IMG/VR virus record: IMGVR_UViG_3300007735_000794
Location: 1-64,000 of that record
Reading direction: 5' to 3' (one strand)
Length of the DNA: 64,000 nt
Origin: a virus
The notes beneath the pieces are model-generated. The model saw only the letters and a program-made list of their open reading frames with translations, ran no database searches and was not told where the DNA came from. Both the position numbers and the translations under genes were made by a program. The stretch's first letter is position 1. Each line of letters starts with the position of its first letter. Shown here piece by piece: positions 27,704-38,231 of this stretch.

Positions 27704-28384
27704 ATGTCTGATCGTGTGATTAAAGTATTCATTCGTCAATCGCTAAATGAAACTCGTGATCTTAATCTTGATGTTGATGAAGATATCAATATGCTTGTTA
27801 ATGAGATTATTGATTTAAAAATTCGTACTCCTGAGGATATTGATACAAATAATTTTGTTGTTACGACTATTATGAAAATGATTGCTGGATTTTTGACGCA
27901 AGGTGATTATGATGTAATAAGCGCTCGTGACTTGTTGTATGTTCCGCTTGTAAACAACACAAACTGTTTACCTAGCTTTGCTATGAAAATAGGAAGAATG
28001 TTATCATTTTATTTTGTCTTAAAAATTTGCAACATTAACAATGAAAAAATTAATATTCTTCGACAAAAAATTTTGTTGTGCAATGATTTGATAGACAAAT
28101 ATATTAGCGAAAATGATGATGAACAAACAATGAATAAGATTATTCATAATTTGAAATTTTTGCATGCATTTGTAAAAGAAATAACAGGCAACAATAGACA
28201 TTATATTACTTTGATTCTTGATCGAAATCATACAATTGGAAAATCATGCGAAGAGAATGTATTTCGATTTTCAAAATATCATTGCATTGCTTACGCGATA
28301 GACGTATTCAGAGAGTTAAAGGATAGTGAAATTCGCAGCATCGTTAAAGATGAAAAAGTGTATTCAACTATTAGGACTAACTAG
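27704..28384 (+). CDS. leader-family protein
   Basis: VIKVFIRQSLNET; TTIMKMIAGFL. Confidence 0.8.
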   Translation: MSDRVIKVFIRQSLNETRDLNLDVDEDINMLVNEIIDLKIRTPEDIDTNNFVVTTIMKMIAGFLTQGDYDVISARDLLYVPLVNNTNCLPSFAMKIGRMLSFYFVLKICNINNEKINILRQKILLCNDLIDKYISENDDEQTMNKIIHNLKFLHAFVKEITGNNRHYITLILDRNHTIGKSCEENVFRFSKYHCIAYAIDVFRELKDSEIRSIVKDEKVYSTIRTN

Positions 28385-28386
28385 CA

Positions 28387-29064
28387 ATGTTTAAAATGAA
28401 TTTACAAAATACAATTCGTTATTTTTTGCTTGAAGTAACAGAAGAAGAGAAGCTTGCAAAGCGCACAGACGAAGAAGACTTGTTGTTTTATGGTAAAGAA
28501 CTTTTACAATTTTTGTATGAGCACAAAATAAAAAACGATTGGTCGTATAAATCTTTCAAACATGAAATTAGTGATGAACTTGAGTTTATGATAAAAACAT
28601 ATGCAACATTAGCAGCAATGACATGTGATTCTATAAAATCAGTTGAAATGTTTAATAAACATGCAGGCTTTAGATCGTGGCCTTATCTCAGCCAAGATGT
28701 CATTTTTCAATTTATTTTTACAAAATTAGACTTGAAGATTGATGATCCACGTTTCAAAGAAATCATTTATCTTGGAAAAACAATCAGCGAAATGATAAAT
28801 GATTATGAATATATGTGCGCACGAAATGCTTCAAATGAAACATCGCTTCAACTCATTATTGTTAATCTAAAGAAACTGCGCGCATTGTGCAAAGATGTGT
28901 TCAAAGGAAATGATGAGTATGCGCGATGGATCGTATACGAGTGTAAAACAGACAAGTTCGATTTAACAGTGTATGTCGATAGAATTATGATTATGCACTG
29001 TATGATAACAGACTTTTCAGACATAAAACTAAAACGTGAATTGGAGAAAAGCTGTGGAATATAA
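28387..29064 (+). CDS. leader-family protein
   Basis: LQNTIRYFLLEV; ELEFMIKTYA. Confidence 0.8.
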   Translation: MFKMNLQNTIRYFLLEVTEEEKLAKRTDEEDLLFYGKELLQFLYEHKIKNDWSYKSFKHEISDELEFMIKTYATLAAMTCDSIKSVEMFNKHAGFRSWPYLSQDVIFQFIFTKLDLKIDDPRFKEIIYLGKTISEMINDYEYMCARNASNETSLQLIIVNLKKLRALCKDVFKGNDEYARWIVYECKTDKFDLTVYVDRIMIMHCMITDFSDIKLKRELEKSCGI

Positions 29065-29740
29065 TTTAAGGCATCTCCGTGAATTAATTCGTGAAGGTTT
29101 GCGTGCGCAAGAACGCGAACAAAAAATTGAAGAAAACAAAGAAGATATCACACATTTGCTAGATGAAATATGTCTGTTATGTAGGGGCGCAGAACACAGA
29201 CAAGACGTAGGTGAGAACGAAGAAGAACTAGTAATTGTGATTAAAATGACAGGTATATTGCTTTCAAAGATTTTTGATACTCCTGATCAAGTGTCTCATT
29301 TTCTTTTTGTTTCTAATATGCGCGTTAAAATGGGAAGAAATTTATTGTCTGTAATAATCACCGAGATTTGTACAATATTTTCATTAGAAAAGCTCAATAT
29401 AAAAGAAAATGATTCAATATTCGAAATGTCAGATGAATTAGTCAAAGAGTTAAATGAACTACTTCATCAATACTGTTTTGAGTATATTGAATGTATGCAA
29501 GAGATACTAGTTGCAGCACACAAATTAAATGATATGTTTGTTTTGTTTTGGAAAAATTCAAACGATCGTAAAAATGCGCAAGATTGTATATATTTTCTTA
29601 CATACACGTCACCGAGAAAAACAAGGCTGCTTAAAGACACACATTACCCAGGAATTAGACAATTTGCAGTAACACATAAGCTTGATGATGAAGACATAAC
29701 AGATATCGTGTTTAATGAACAGATCACTTCGAAAAGATAA
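29054..29740 (+). CDS. leader-family protein
   Basis: GTG start after GGAG; LRHLRELIREG; ELVIVIKMTG. Confidence 0.75.
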   Translation: MEYNLRHLRELIREGLRAQEREQKIEENKEDITHLLDEICLLCRGAEHRQDVGENEEELVIVIKMTGILLSKIFDTPDQVSHFLFVSNMRVKMGRNLLSVIITEICTIFSLEKLNIKENDSIFEMSDELVKELNELLHQYCFEYIECMQEILVAAHKLNDMFVLFWKNSNDRKNAQDCIYFLTYTSPRKTRLLKDTHYPGIRQFAVTHKLDDEDITDIVFNEQITSKR

Positions 29741-29748
29741 TTATCAGT

Positions 29749-30357
29749 ATGATTCGTCAAATAATTAGAGAAGTACTTCGCAATGAAGAGGTTGATGACA
29801 TTGTCACGTTGATCTGGAATTTGCGTGATAGATTCGAAGAGCAGGGAAATGATTTTAGAAATGTTGAAGTAGATGAAGAATTTCAACTATCAGTAAAAAT
29901 GTTATCTTCATTAATACGAAATAACAAAGAAAAGCTTTTAAACGCATGGCGCACAATTGATGACATTAATCTAGATGCATTTTCAAATGAAGACAATGCA
30001 TTCATTGATTTCTTGTTTTGGCAAAATTACAAAATTCTTAACAAAATAGACTTAAGTAATGAAAATTTTATGAAGTTAATATCACAAATTGAATTATTAT
30101 CAAAATACATAGACGGTCAAGGCCCAAAACATAACAAAATAATGTACATGAATATGATTGCAGAGAATGCATTAAAAATGTTTGAAAATTGTGAATTCGA
30201 CTATACGCATGAAGATACTTTTGGACGATATGAGCATGACGGTTTTATAATATCAATTTTTAATGGAAAATCAAGTCAAGCTGAGGACGTTATCGATGTA
30301 TTAGATCGTGAATATACACACCTTTTAAGGGCGCGAGGCGAAAAAGATTACTCATGA
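29749..30357 (+). CDS. leader-family protein
   Basis: MIRQIIREV; EEFQLSVKMLSSLI. Confidence 0.8.
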   Translation: MIRQIIREVLRNEEVDDIVTLIWNLRDRFEEQGNDFRNVEVDEEFQLSVKMLSSLIRNNKEKLLNAWRTIDDINLDAFSNEDNAFIDFLFWQNYKILNKIDLSNENFMKLISQIELLSKYIDGQGPKHNKIMYMNMIAENALKMFENCEFDYTHEDTFGRYEHDGFIISIFNGKSSQAEDVIDVLDREYTHLLRARGEKDYS

Positions 30358-30965
30358 CATCGACACAAACATTGCGCAGCATGATACGTGAAGCATTGCT
30401 TCAAGACGTCGGTTATGAAGAAGAGTTTATTGCTGATGCACAAGTTGTGCTTTCAGAAATGGTAAAGATCTTAATTGATAACAATTCTCATATATTTGAT
30501 GCAGTTAAAAATGAAGAATTTCGATTATCAGCAAGAATGCTTGCGAATATGATTTGTGGCGAATTTCAAAGTTATCCACTTGCACGAAAGCTAATTTCTA
30601 GTGTTATATGTCATGATGAGTCAGTCATACATGGAAGTACTATTTTAATAATGATCGAAGATTATATTTGTTGGTTAGTTTATGCAAAAATAAACAATAT
30701 TGATACAGAACACGTTGATTGCAGTGAAGCAATCAAGCGCATTAAGCAGCTTGACATACTTAACTCGCAAGGCTATGAAATTTATGAACAAATAGACTGC
30801 TGTAAAAAGATCATTGCAGCATTCAAAAAATCAAATTTGAATTTTATTCGAGCAGATGATGCATTGCGTGGTTTAATACGCATATCATTGAGCGAAGATG
30901 ATATTCATGTTGATTATAACGTATTAAGCATGATAATCATCGATTCATATTATGCAATTTCATAA
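30354..30965 (+). CDS. leader-family protein
   Basis: MTSTQTLRSMIREA; EEFRLSARMLA. Confidence 0.8.
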   Translation: MTSTQTLRSMIREALLQDVGYEEEFIADAQVVLSEMVKILIDNNSHIFDAVKNEEFRLSARMLANMICGEFQSYPLARKLISSVICHDESVIHGSTILIMIEDYICWLVYAKINNIDTEHVDCSEAIKRIKQLDILNSQGYEIYEQIDCCKKIIAAFKKSNLNFIRADDALRGLIRISLSEDDIHVDYNVLSMIIIDSYYAIS

Positions 30966-31572
30966 CTTTTTAATAAAGCAACTTATTCGCGAAGGTTTCT
31001 TTTCAGATCAAGAAGCAGAAGCAGAGCTACGTAGTGGAATAAGAGAAATATTGGTGTATATTTCTGATATGTTTAAAATACAAGATACAACATGCATTCA
31101 TGAGTTAGTTGGTAACAATGAATTCAATACAAGCGTCAAAATGATTGTTGGGCTGTTGTTGCAAGAATTCAAAGCAAGATCATCAGCGCAGTATTTTTTG
31201 GGAGAAATATTTCACGAAACATTCAGCATAGATAGAGCACGAGCAATCGAAGAAAAGCTTGTTTTAGAGCTACAACAATATATTACTTGGAAAATATGTG
31301 AGATTCAAATGAATGTTCAAATAAACGATCATCACATACAGACTGCAATAGAGCTTATAAAGAAAATCTCAGATATGCACAAAGCATCAATGTTTTTTTC
31401 GGCGCGTGAAAAATTTATTGAGCGTCAAATGTTTAAGCGTATTCGTGAAGAATTGCTTGCTGGTAAAATAGACATAAATGCGATTGGTCGAGTTGCGTAT
31501 TATGGATTTCTAATCTCACAATTTAATAGCTGGGATATTGATTATCAATATATTGACAATGACTTGTATTAA
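30952..31572 (+). CDS. leader-family protein
   Basis: LIKQLIREG; NEFNTSVKMIVGLL. Confidence 0.8.
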   Translation: MQFHNFLIKQLIREGFFSDQEAEAELRSGIREILVYISDMFKIQDTTCIHELVGNNEFNTSVKMIVGLLLQEFKARSSAQYFLGEIFHETFSIDRARAIEEKLVLELQQYITWKICEIQMNVQINDHHIQTAIELIKKISDMHKASMFFSAREKFIERQMFKRIREELLAGKIDINAIGRVAYYGFLISQFNSWDIDYQYIDNDLY

Positions 31573-31936
31573 GTTTTTCTCGTATAAATTCATCATTCAG
31601 ATGTTTTAACATCGCAATCACACTGTCATTAAGTTTATTATTTGCTGCATTATCACCCGCATATACGTCATTTTGCCTGTCGCGGATAAATGATGACATT
31701 AAGCCGTCATCGTGTATCTCTATTTCACAATAGAATTTTTTATTGCTCCACGATAGAACAATTGTCTTTGTATCATTAGTGTCTTCACCAAACGCAACTT
31801 GCGGCAAGTCAAGTGTATTGCAAAAATCATTTTGAAGTTGTCGCCAAGATTTGACAACATGCGCAGCATGAGATTTTGAAATAACGCTTTCTAAGTTATT
31901 TATACAATTTTCAAATTCAAGTTCATTTTTTTCCAT
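31523..31936 (-). CDS. hypothetical protein
   Basis: Antisense insert; ATG 31936 overlaps upstream gene end. Confidence 0.65.
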   Translation of the reverse strand: MEKNELEFENCINNLESVISKSHAAHVVKSWRQLQNDFCNTLDLPQVAFGEDTNDTKTIVLSWSNKKFYCEIEIHDDGLMSSFIRDRQNDVYAGDNAANNKLNDSVIAMLKHLNDEFIREKLNTSHCQYIDNQYPSY

Positions 31937-32237
31937 GTAATCCAAGCCATTCATTAAGTTCACGAAGCAATACAAGTCTTTCAAGAAACACAAAATAAAA
32001 ATTCCAATCATCAACAATCATTTGTGGACTATCATCATGATTTATGCAAAGCAATTGTGCTCGCTTGCCAATAATCAATTCTAACATTGCATTTTTCGCA
32101 TTAGTCTGCTCAATAAGCTCACGAGTGCTTATTGTAGTTGAATTATACTTTGCGTCATAATTGTAATGTGAATGTATATTTTCTAATGAAATAATTTCAC
32201 GTCGCAGTTCATCAGATGATTCGTATTTAGCTAACAT
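31923..32237 (-). CDS. hypothetical protein
   Basis: TGTAAA-N15-TATTAT upstream. Confidence 0.65.
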   Translation of the reverse strand: MLAKYESSDELRREIISLENIHSHYNYDAKYNSTTISTRELIEQTNAKNAMLELIIGKRAQLLCINHDDSPQMIVDDWNFYFVFLERLVLLRELNEWLGLHGKK

Positions 32238-32308
32238 TATTTGAATAATAACTATAATAGAAGCGTTTACAACGTTGATGATAATTAATTTATATGACGA
32301 TGTGTTAA

Positions 32309-33471
32309 ATGCTAATTGAAAGCAAAGAACTAAGACGTTTAATTTGTGAATCGATTCAAGCTGAGATGATTATCGAACTTTTTGCGCCCTTTGACCGGCG
32401 TTTTTTTGATTCGCTACATTCAAAAAAAATTAGTAGACAAAAGCTTGAAGATTTTGAATTTGCTCTCAAAGGTGCGAATTCATTTCTTAGCAAGGAAGGT
32501 GAGGATATTCATCCAAAACAAAAAGAAAGTTTTGTCTATAATGTCTTGTACGAATCACATCATCCAAGCTCGAGAATTATTGCAGACATGCTCGGCGCAT
32601 ATGCACGAGGCATATCATTTGACGAAATAATACAAAAAACATTCGAATCTGGTCATCATTTTGCAAGTTTTTTTAAAGACGCAGAAAACATAAAAAAAAA
32701 GTAAATGAAGCAAAACTCTCTCCGCTTTACACGTGCGAAGACATTAAAAATATTGTCAAAGATCGGCAAGAAATTGCAGATGACGTCGCATTTGTTATAG
32801 AGCCGATTATCGAAATTGAAAAATACAAATCATATTGTTATAATAATCCAACACTCATCGCATCAGATGAAGAAATAAAATATTACGAAGATTTACAAAA
32901 AGAAAAAAATTTATCTGTTAAAGTTGCTGCTTCGCTCATTTGGAATTCATTAAATCATTCATACATCTACTATGATCATGTGCTTATTGATGTGATTGTT
33001 CGTGAATTTTTGGCACATGCTGGAGTAATGCCTGGTTACTTACGACATGCGACAACATGTGATATAGTCATTGAAATTGAACAATTACGAGACGCAGAAT
33101 CAGAGCAACAATTGCGTGAAAATACAAGCATCACAAATGTCATGCTTGACAATGAAAAAATAGAATTTGCTGCGACAGTTGCAGAATGCTTTGATGATTA
33201 TCGTTTTATCCCAATTTTTAAGCTCGACATTTTTAGCAGTGAGTACAAAGAATTTATTAATGAACTCACACTTGGATGCAAACAATATTTGAATTTGCTT
33301 GGAATCGAACAATCAATTGACAATATAAACATTTTATTGTCTTTAAATGACAAAATCAGAAATACAATACAGACAAATTGTTCTATCTTTTTCGATGTTG
33401 TGAAGTCGTTTATGCAATCAAAAAGTATAAACGACGCATTATTTAGTGCAAAATTTAAATTGCAATTCTAG
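32309..33471 (+). CDS. leader-family polyprotein split by a -1 frameshift at A9 / A_AAA_AAG (32692-32701)
   Basis: 0-frame stops at 32704; -1 frame open 32701-33471 with no ATG/GTG/TTG before 32980, and carries family core LSVKVAASLI. Confidence 0.75.
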
Positions 33472-33655
33472 TCCACAATTGTGAATATTTTTGAATGATT
33501 GTAAGCGCAAGCGATTTTGCAGATTCACAATCGCTTGTTTGAAGAATAACGTTCACAGAATTCTTAAGATAATCAGAAACAATTGTCTTTTGTTCTAGCT
33601 TCGCATTCTCATATTGTTTAAGGCGATTTTCAAGCCACTGGAAGTCGTTAGACAT
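33455..33655 (-). CDS. small hypothetical protein
   Basis: AGGG SD; TGTAAA-N16-TATTAT upstream. Confidence 0.65.
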   Translation of the reverse strand: MSNDFQWLENRLKQYENAKLEQKTIVSDYLKNSVNVILQTSDCESAKSLALTIIQKYSQLWTRIAI

Positions 33656-33723
33656 TTAACACCCTATTGTTATAATAATTTGTGAATCGATCATTTACAA
33701 GAGATTAGCGAATATTTATTGTT

Positions 33724-34584
33724 ATGTTATTGTCAAAGAATCAACTTCGTAAAATAATTTGTGAAGCGTATGAATTGAATAAAAGAGCACCTGATGGTTA
33801 TCTTGCTTTTAACGCAGATGAAATTGATATTGTCAAAAATGCAATGGAAAATTATCAAAATGACAAATTATATCAAATTCAGCAGCTTTTGCAAAATAAC
33901 AATGACGAAGAATTTAAATTTGAATGGAAAGAGTTCGAATTCGCAATGAAAGTTGTTCATACAATCATAGATAAAAAGGCGGGAACAAACAAAGAAACTT
34001 GTAAACGATTTGAAAAGCTAATTAGATTAGTCGATCCAGATTTGAAATTCCAAAATTTTTGGAATCTTGTCGGTGCAAAATATTATTATGATATTGAAAA
34101 TGAGACTGCACTCGACATTATGTATGGGTATGATATGCAGTCATCATATAGCTTTCCAAATCAAGATCCTGACGCAATTCATGAGGCTTTAGGAATGAAC
34201 ACAATCAAATCAAAATCATTAAGACACATACGCGAATCATTGAGCGACATGTATAAACGTGTAAGTGATGTAGAAACAAATGGATATTTTGCTAATTTCG
34301 CGCGCGAGTTTTTAGCGAAATATGATGATATGTTTAATGATTATGAACAATTTACAGAAGAAGACAAATTACAGCTACGTATATACTTGAGTGTATTTGC
34401 GCAAGAAATTAAAGATGCAGAGAGCAATTGGGACAGATTAGAACAAATAAATGCACTCATACAGATTTTTATCGACGCAAATTTTAAGACGCCTGCTGCA
34501 TTCGCACACATGGTCATGGGTGTTAAGCGAAAAGATTACACAGAATTTGATGATTTTGTTAATCTATCGGATAAAGTTAAATGA
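33724..34584 (+). CDS. leader-family protein (probably two domains)
   Basis: MLLSKNQLRKIICEA; EFEFAMKVV; internal LRHIRES. Confidence 0.8.
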   Translation: MLLSKNQLRKIICEAYELNKRAPDGYLAFNADEIDIVKNAMENYQNDKLYQIQQLLQNNNDEEFKFEWKEFEFAMKVVHTIIDKKAGTNKETCKRFEKLIRLVDPDLKFQNFWNLVGAKYYYDIENETALDIMYGYDMQSSYSFPNQDPDAIHEALGMNTIKSKSLRHIRESLSDMYKRVSDVETNGYFANFAREFLAKYDDMFNDYEQFTEEDKLQLRIYLSVFAQEIKDAESNWDRLEQINALIQIFIDANFKTPAAFAHMVMGVKRKDYTEFDDFVNLSDKVK

Positions 34585-36677
34585 GCCTAAATCTTCAACA
34601 AGCGATTCGCGAGATTTTGTCAAACAAAAATCATTTGTATGAAAGTACATTAGAAGCGAAAAAAGAAATCGCAGCGTATATCAACGACTCAGTCATTTTT
34701 GACATTATGAAAAAAAATAAAGATGCAAATTACGATGATTTACTTCGCGTTACGTCATCAGAAAAAGAAGATTTATTTGTTACATGCAAAATTATAGCAG
34801 CGCTTATAAAAGAGTTTTTTGAAGAAAAATCTCTTCTTGATGATGGAAATTCTATATTTGTCTTTGTTGAGTCTGTATTCTACCTTACAGGTATCGAACA
34901 GAATTATTCGATATCAGCTTTTTATTATCTTATCGTAGATTTTTACGATGAATTAAAATTGGGCAAGACGCGTTTTGTTGATAGAGAAAATAAAGTAAGC
35001 GCAGTGGAATATACGTTTGATTGTTACTTTGTAATAGAGAATGCTATGCTAAACGAGTCAGAAGATCTCGATGAAAAAGAACAGCTTACGACAGCAGAGG
35101 CATTGGATTTTATTAATGATTCAATCATAGCTGTCATTGCGTCAAGAGAAGACACGCGAGCAGGCGTAGATATTGATATTGATAACGAAATAGGCGATAA
35201 TGATTTTGACATTAACAAATTAATCAAAGTAACAAGCGCCGAAAAAGATGATTTATTTATAACTTGCAAAATTGCTTCACGTGTTTTCGATAAAAAGCTG
35301 TTTTTAAACAATTGTTGGGGTCTAGCTGCACTTTTTGGTAGAACACGTTACGCAACAACAGACCCGTTTATTTTGCTAATTTATGCATTTCATAAAGAAG
35401 AAGTGCACAAAAAACCATTTGTAGAAAAAACATTCAATGATTGGTTTGAAGTCGATGATGTCAACATTTTAACAGAATCGGTAGAAAATGATATTCGCGA
35501 CGAAGAAGAAATAAGAACAGAAATAGAAACTATTATTAACAACTCAATAATCAGAGACTTCGGAGAATATTCGAATGCAATTGAATGCGGTGTAGATACT
35601 GATTTTTTAACGCAACAAGAACAAGACGAAGTATTGATTACATGTAAGATTCTAGAACGAACGTTTAATGAACTCACAAGAATGAATGGTAAGTATTTCT
35701 GGGCTTGTGTGCATGATACGCTTAAAAATTTGGAAATTTTGAATTTAAGAAAAATACTTGACTGCATTCACTTGATACATCAGGGAAGGATTACAGAAGC
35801 CGAACACGATCTTTCATTTGATCTATTTGACAGATGTAGAAAAGAAAAATTAGATGAATCAAATGAAATGTTAAACACTAATGCAGAAGAGCTTACGCAT
35901 GAGATTGCTGAATTTATAAATTATTCTATCATTAAACAACTTTATGATGGGACAGTATACGAGATTACGCGCCGCAAACTTACAAATGACGAAGCTAGTG
36001 AATTGTTTGTTACTTGCAAGATTCTTTCAAAATTGTATAACGATTTGTATAACTTGGAACCAAAAAATTCTCACCGTGATTTCTGGGATGTTTCGTATTC
36101 ATCGCTTGCTTGTCTTGATTCGATTGCAAATAGACGAGAAATTTGTGAAGTTATTTATAAATGTTGGAATGGACATGAAGATTTTGCGAAAGAGTATATC
36201 AAGACGACAATTTTTGAAGTTCAAGTAGCACAAAAACTTGATGAAAGTGTAGATTACACTGAGCTTCGCAATAAATATGATGATGTAATAGACGAATGTG
36301 TAGCATTTATGAAAGACAGCGATCTTGATGTTCTCATGCACGAAATAACAAAAGGTGTAGATGAATTCCAAGAAAGATATGAAAGAATTAAGATTTCAAG
36401 AGCAAATGCATCAAAACTATACATCATATGCAAAATAATTTATTCATTTGCAAAAGACGCGTATATTCTACTTTATATGTTAGATCCCGACTTGGCAACA
36501 TCTGGCGGTTGCATCAAAGGAATGATTAATGCATATGTTTATAGAGAAAAAAAGTTCTTAGGTGATTCGACGCATCAAAGAAGTCTTAGTTATGATTTGC
36601 TTTTGAATCTCATCAATAAAATAGAAAGTTATAAATCACTCGAAGAATCAGAACTTTTTGAGGTAAAAGATGAGTAA
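34581..36677 (+). CDS. leader-family five-domain polyprotein
   Basis: Five (L/V)(F/L/Y)(V/I)(T/I)CKI cores separated by LNES, LTES, LDES, LDES. Confidence 0.85.
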   Translation: MSLNLQQAIREILSNKNHLYESTLEAKKEIAAYINDSVIFDIMKKNKDANYDDLLRVTSSEKEDLFVTCKIIAALIKEFFEEKSLLDDGNSIFVFVESVFYLTGIEQNYSISAFYYLIVDFYDELKLGKTRFVDRENKVSAVEYTFDCYFVIENAMLNESEDLDEKEQLTTAEALDFINDSIIAVIASREDTRAGVDIDIDNEIGDNDFDINKLIKVTSAEKDDLFITCKIASRVFDKKLFLNNCWGLAALFGRTRYATTDPFILLIYAFHKEEVHKKPFVEKTFNDWFEVDDVNILTESVENDIRDEEEIRTEIETIINNSIIRDFGEYSNAIECGVDTDFLTQQEQDEVLITCKILERTFNELTRMNGKYFWACVHDTLKNLEILNLRKILDCIHLIHQGRITEAEHDLSFDLFDRCRKEKLDESNEMLNTNAEELTHEIAEFINYSIIKQLYDGTVYEITRRKLTNDEASELFVTCKILSKLYNDLYNLEPKNSHRDFWDVSYSSLACLDSIANRREICEVIYKCWNGHEDFAKEYIKTTIFEVQVAQKLDESVDYTELRNKYDDVIDECVAFMKDSDLDVLMHEITKGVDEFQERYERIKISRANASKLYIICKIIYSFAKDAYILLYMLDPDLATSGGCIKGMINAYVYREKKFLGDSTHQRSLSYDLLLNLINKIESYKSLEESELFEVKDE

Positions 36678-38208
36678 ATATATCGAAAGCGCATCTGAAC
36701 GATATTTCGATCCAATTTTTGAAGAGCTCACAGAATTCGTTGAAGAGCTTGATTTAAAATCATTTGATAATGCGACTAAAATTACACGAAAGCAAGCAGA
36801 AGAGCTTGATTTTGCAATCAAAGTGATTGCAAAATTGACTCGTGAATTTTGGGAACATACTGTGGATAAAACTCCTGATTTATTTCCACCAATCGAGAGT
36901 TACTATTGGGCTTCTAAAACATCGTCTTATTATGCAAATTTGAGAATATTTTTTAGATTTTGCGGAATTGCAAATTCATCAGTTTTTGCTGGTTTAGTGT
37001 CATATTATCAAATGGGATATGACCACGACATCATTAAACATACTTGGAAGATCAAGGACGATACGAATCTTAATGAATCTCATGATAAAAATTTATTAGA
37101 ACAACAATATAATGATCTTGTAGATGAGCTTGTAACATACATAAGCTATTCATCTTTGGCAGAAATTATTCCATATGAAAATTTGCAACAAAATAAAATT
37201 ACACATGAACAAGCAAATGAAATATTTTATGTTTGCAAAGTAATTGCATATTACATGAATAAGATTTCTAGCGCTTTAAAAGATAGAAATCATTTAGAAA
37301 AAGTTGAAGTAGCTTCGCGCATAAGGAACATTTTACGTCAATGCGGGATAACAGATTTGCGACTCTTGACAATTTTTTCACGTGTTGTCGTAGCTGTCAT
37401 GAATAATCAAGATGCAGATTTAAAAACTGCATTTAATAACAATATTACACAAATCATTAATGAAGCTATACAGAAAAATAGCGGAGAATGCTGCCCAATA
37501 TGTGGTGCAGAAGAAAATGTGTCGTGTGAACATTATCCAACAACGAATGAGCAAGATGAGATTTTAAGCGCTGCATTTTATGCTTATCTAGAAGACGAAA
37601 CATCGACTGCTTGGGCAATAAAAATCGCAGCGTCTGTTGTTGATTTAAATTTGTATAGGCGCTATATAGATGAGCTATTCAAAGGTTACACAGAAATGAC
37701 GCCAGAAAAGCGAATGCTTCATTTTGTCGCAGGTGTAATTCGTGATGCAGTTGAATTTCATGATGAAAATGCATCATTTGCATATTCAACTTACATTAAG
37801 TTTGCAGATCGCATTATTGATTATTTGCAAAACAAAGGCACATTACATGAATTCATTTCTGAAGCGTTAATGATTGATGACATTGGTCAACATTCTGAAT
37901 TTATGTTGGCACAGCGTGCATTCATAAATGAAATCAAAGAAGTCATTGAGCAACTTGATCCATTTATATTTGCAAATGCACGTCATACTTCAAGAATCGA
38001 ATTAAGAAATGATTTTGATTTTGCGTTAAAACTTATCAATGCGATGTTTATAAAATTTTGTCAAGAAACATCAACAAAGTATGACTACAGTTTAATCTAT
38101 CGTGTTATAAGTTCGACGCAACTTTATTCTAGTAATTATGATGTGATAGAAGTAGCAGACAATATAGACGAAACGCGTCGCGGCACATTTAAATGGAATA
38201 ATACATAA
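36670..38208 (+). CDS. family four-domain polyprotein
   Basis: Cores DFAIKVI, FYVCKVI, AWAIKIA, DFALKLI; linkers LNES, INEA, ISEA. Confidence 0.85.
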   Translation: MSKYIESASERYFDPIFEELTEFVEELDLKSFDNATKITRKQAEELDFAIKVIAKLTREFWEHTVDKTPDLFPPIESYYWASKTSSYYANLRIFFRFCGIANSSVFAGLVSYYQMGYDHDIIKHTWKIKDDTNLNESHDKNLLEQQYNDLVDELVTYISYSSLAEIIPYENLQQNKITHEQANEIFYVCKVIAYYMNKISSALKDRNHLEKVEVASRIRNILRQCGITDLRLLTIFSRVVVAVMNNQDADLKTAFNNNITQIINEAIQKNSGECCPICGAEENVSCEHYPTTNEQDEILSAAFYAYLEDETSTAWAIKIAASVVDLNLYRRYIDELFKGYTEMTPEKRMLHFVAGVIRDAVEFHDENASFAYSTYIKFADRIIDYLQNKGTLHEFISEALMIDDIGQHSEFMLAQRAFINEIKEVIEQLDPFIFANARHTSRIELRNDFDFALKLINAMFIKFCQETSTKYDYSLIYRVISSTQLYSSNYDVIEVADNIDETRRGTFKWNNT

Positions 38209-38231
38209 ATGTGCCACGAAAATTTATTTAA

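Noticed and set aside
32980-33471. Independent gene starting at GTG 32980
   Set aside because: The frame is open and family-like from 32701 and the GTG has no SD; better explained as a frameshifted continuation
23062-38208. Diversity-generating retroelement as the source of array variation
   Set aside because: No reverse transcriptase and no template/variable repeat pair with adenine-specific differences seen in the window
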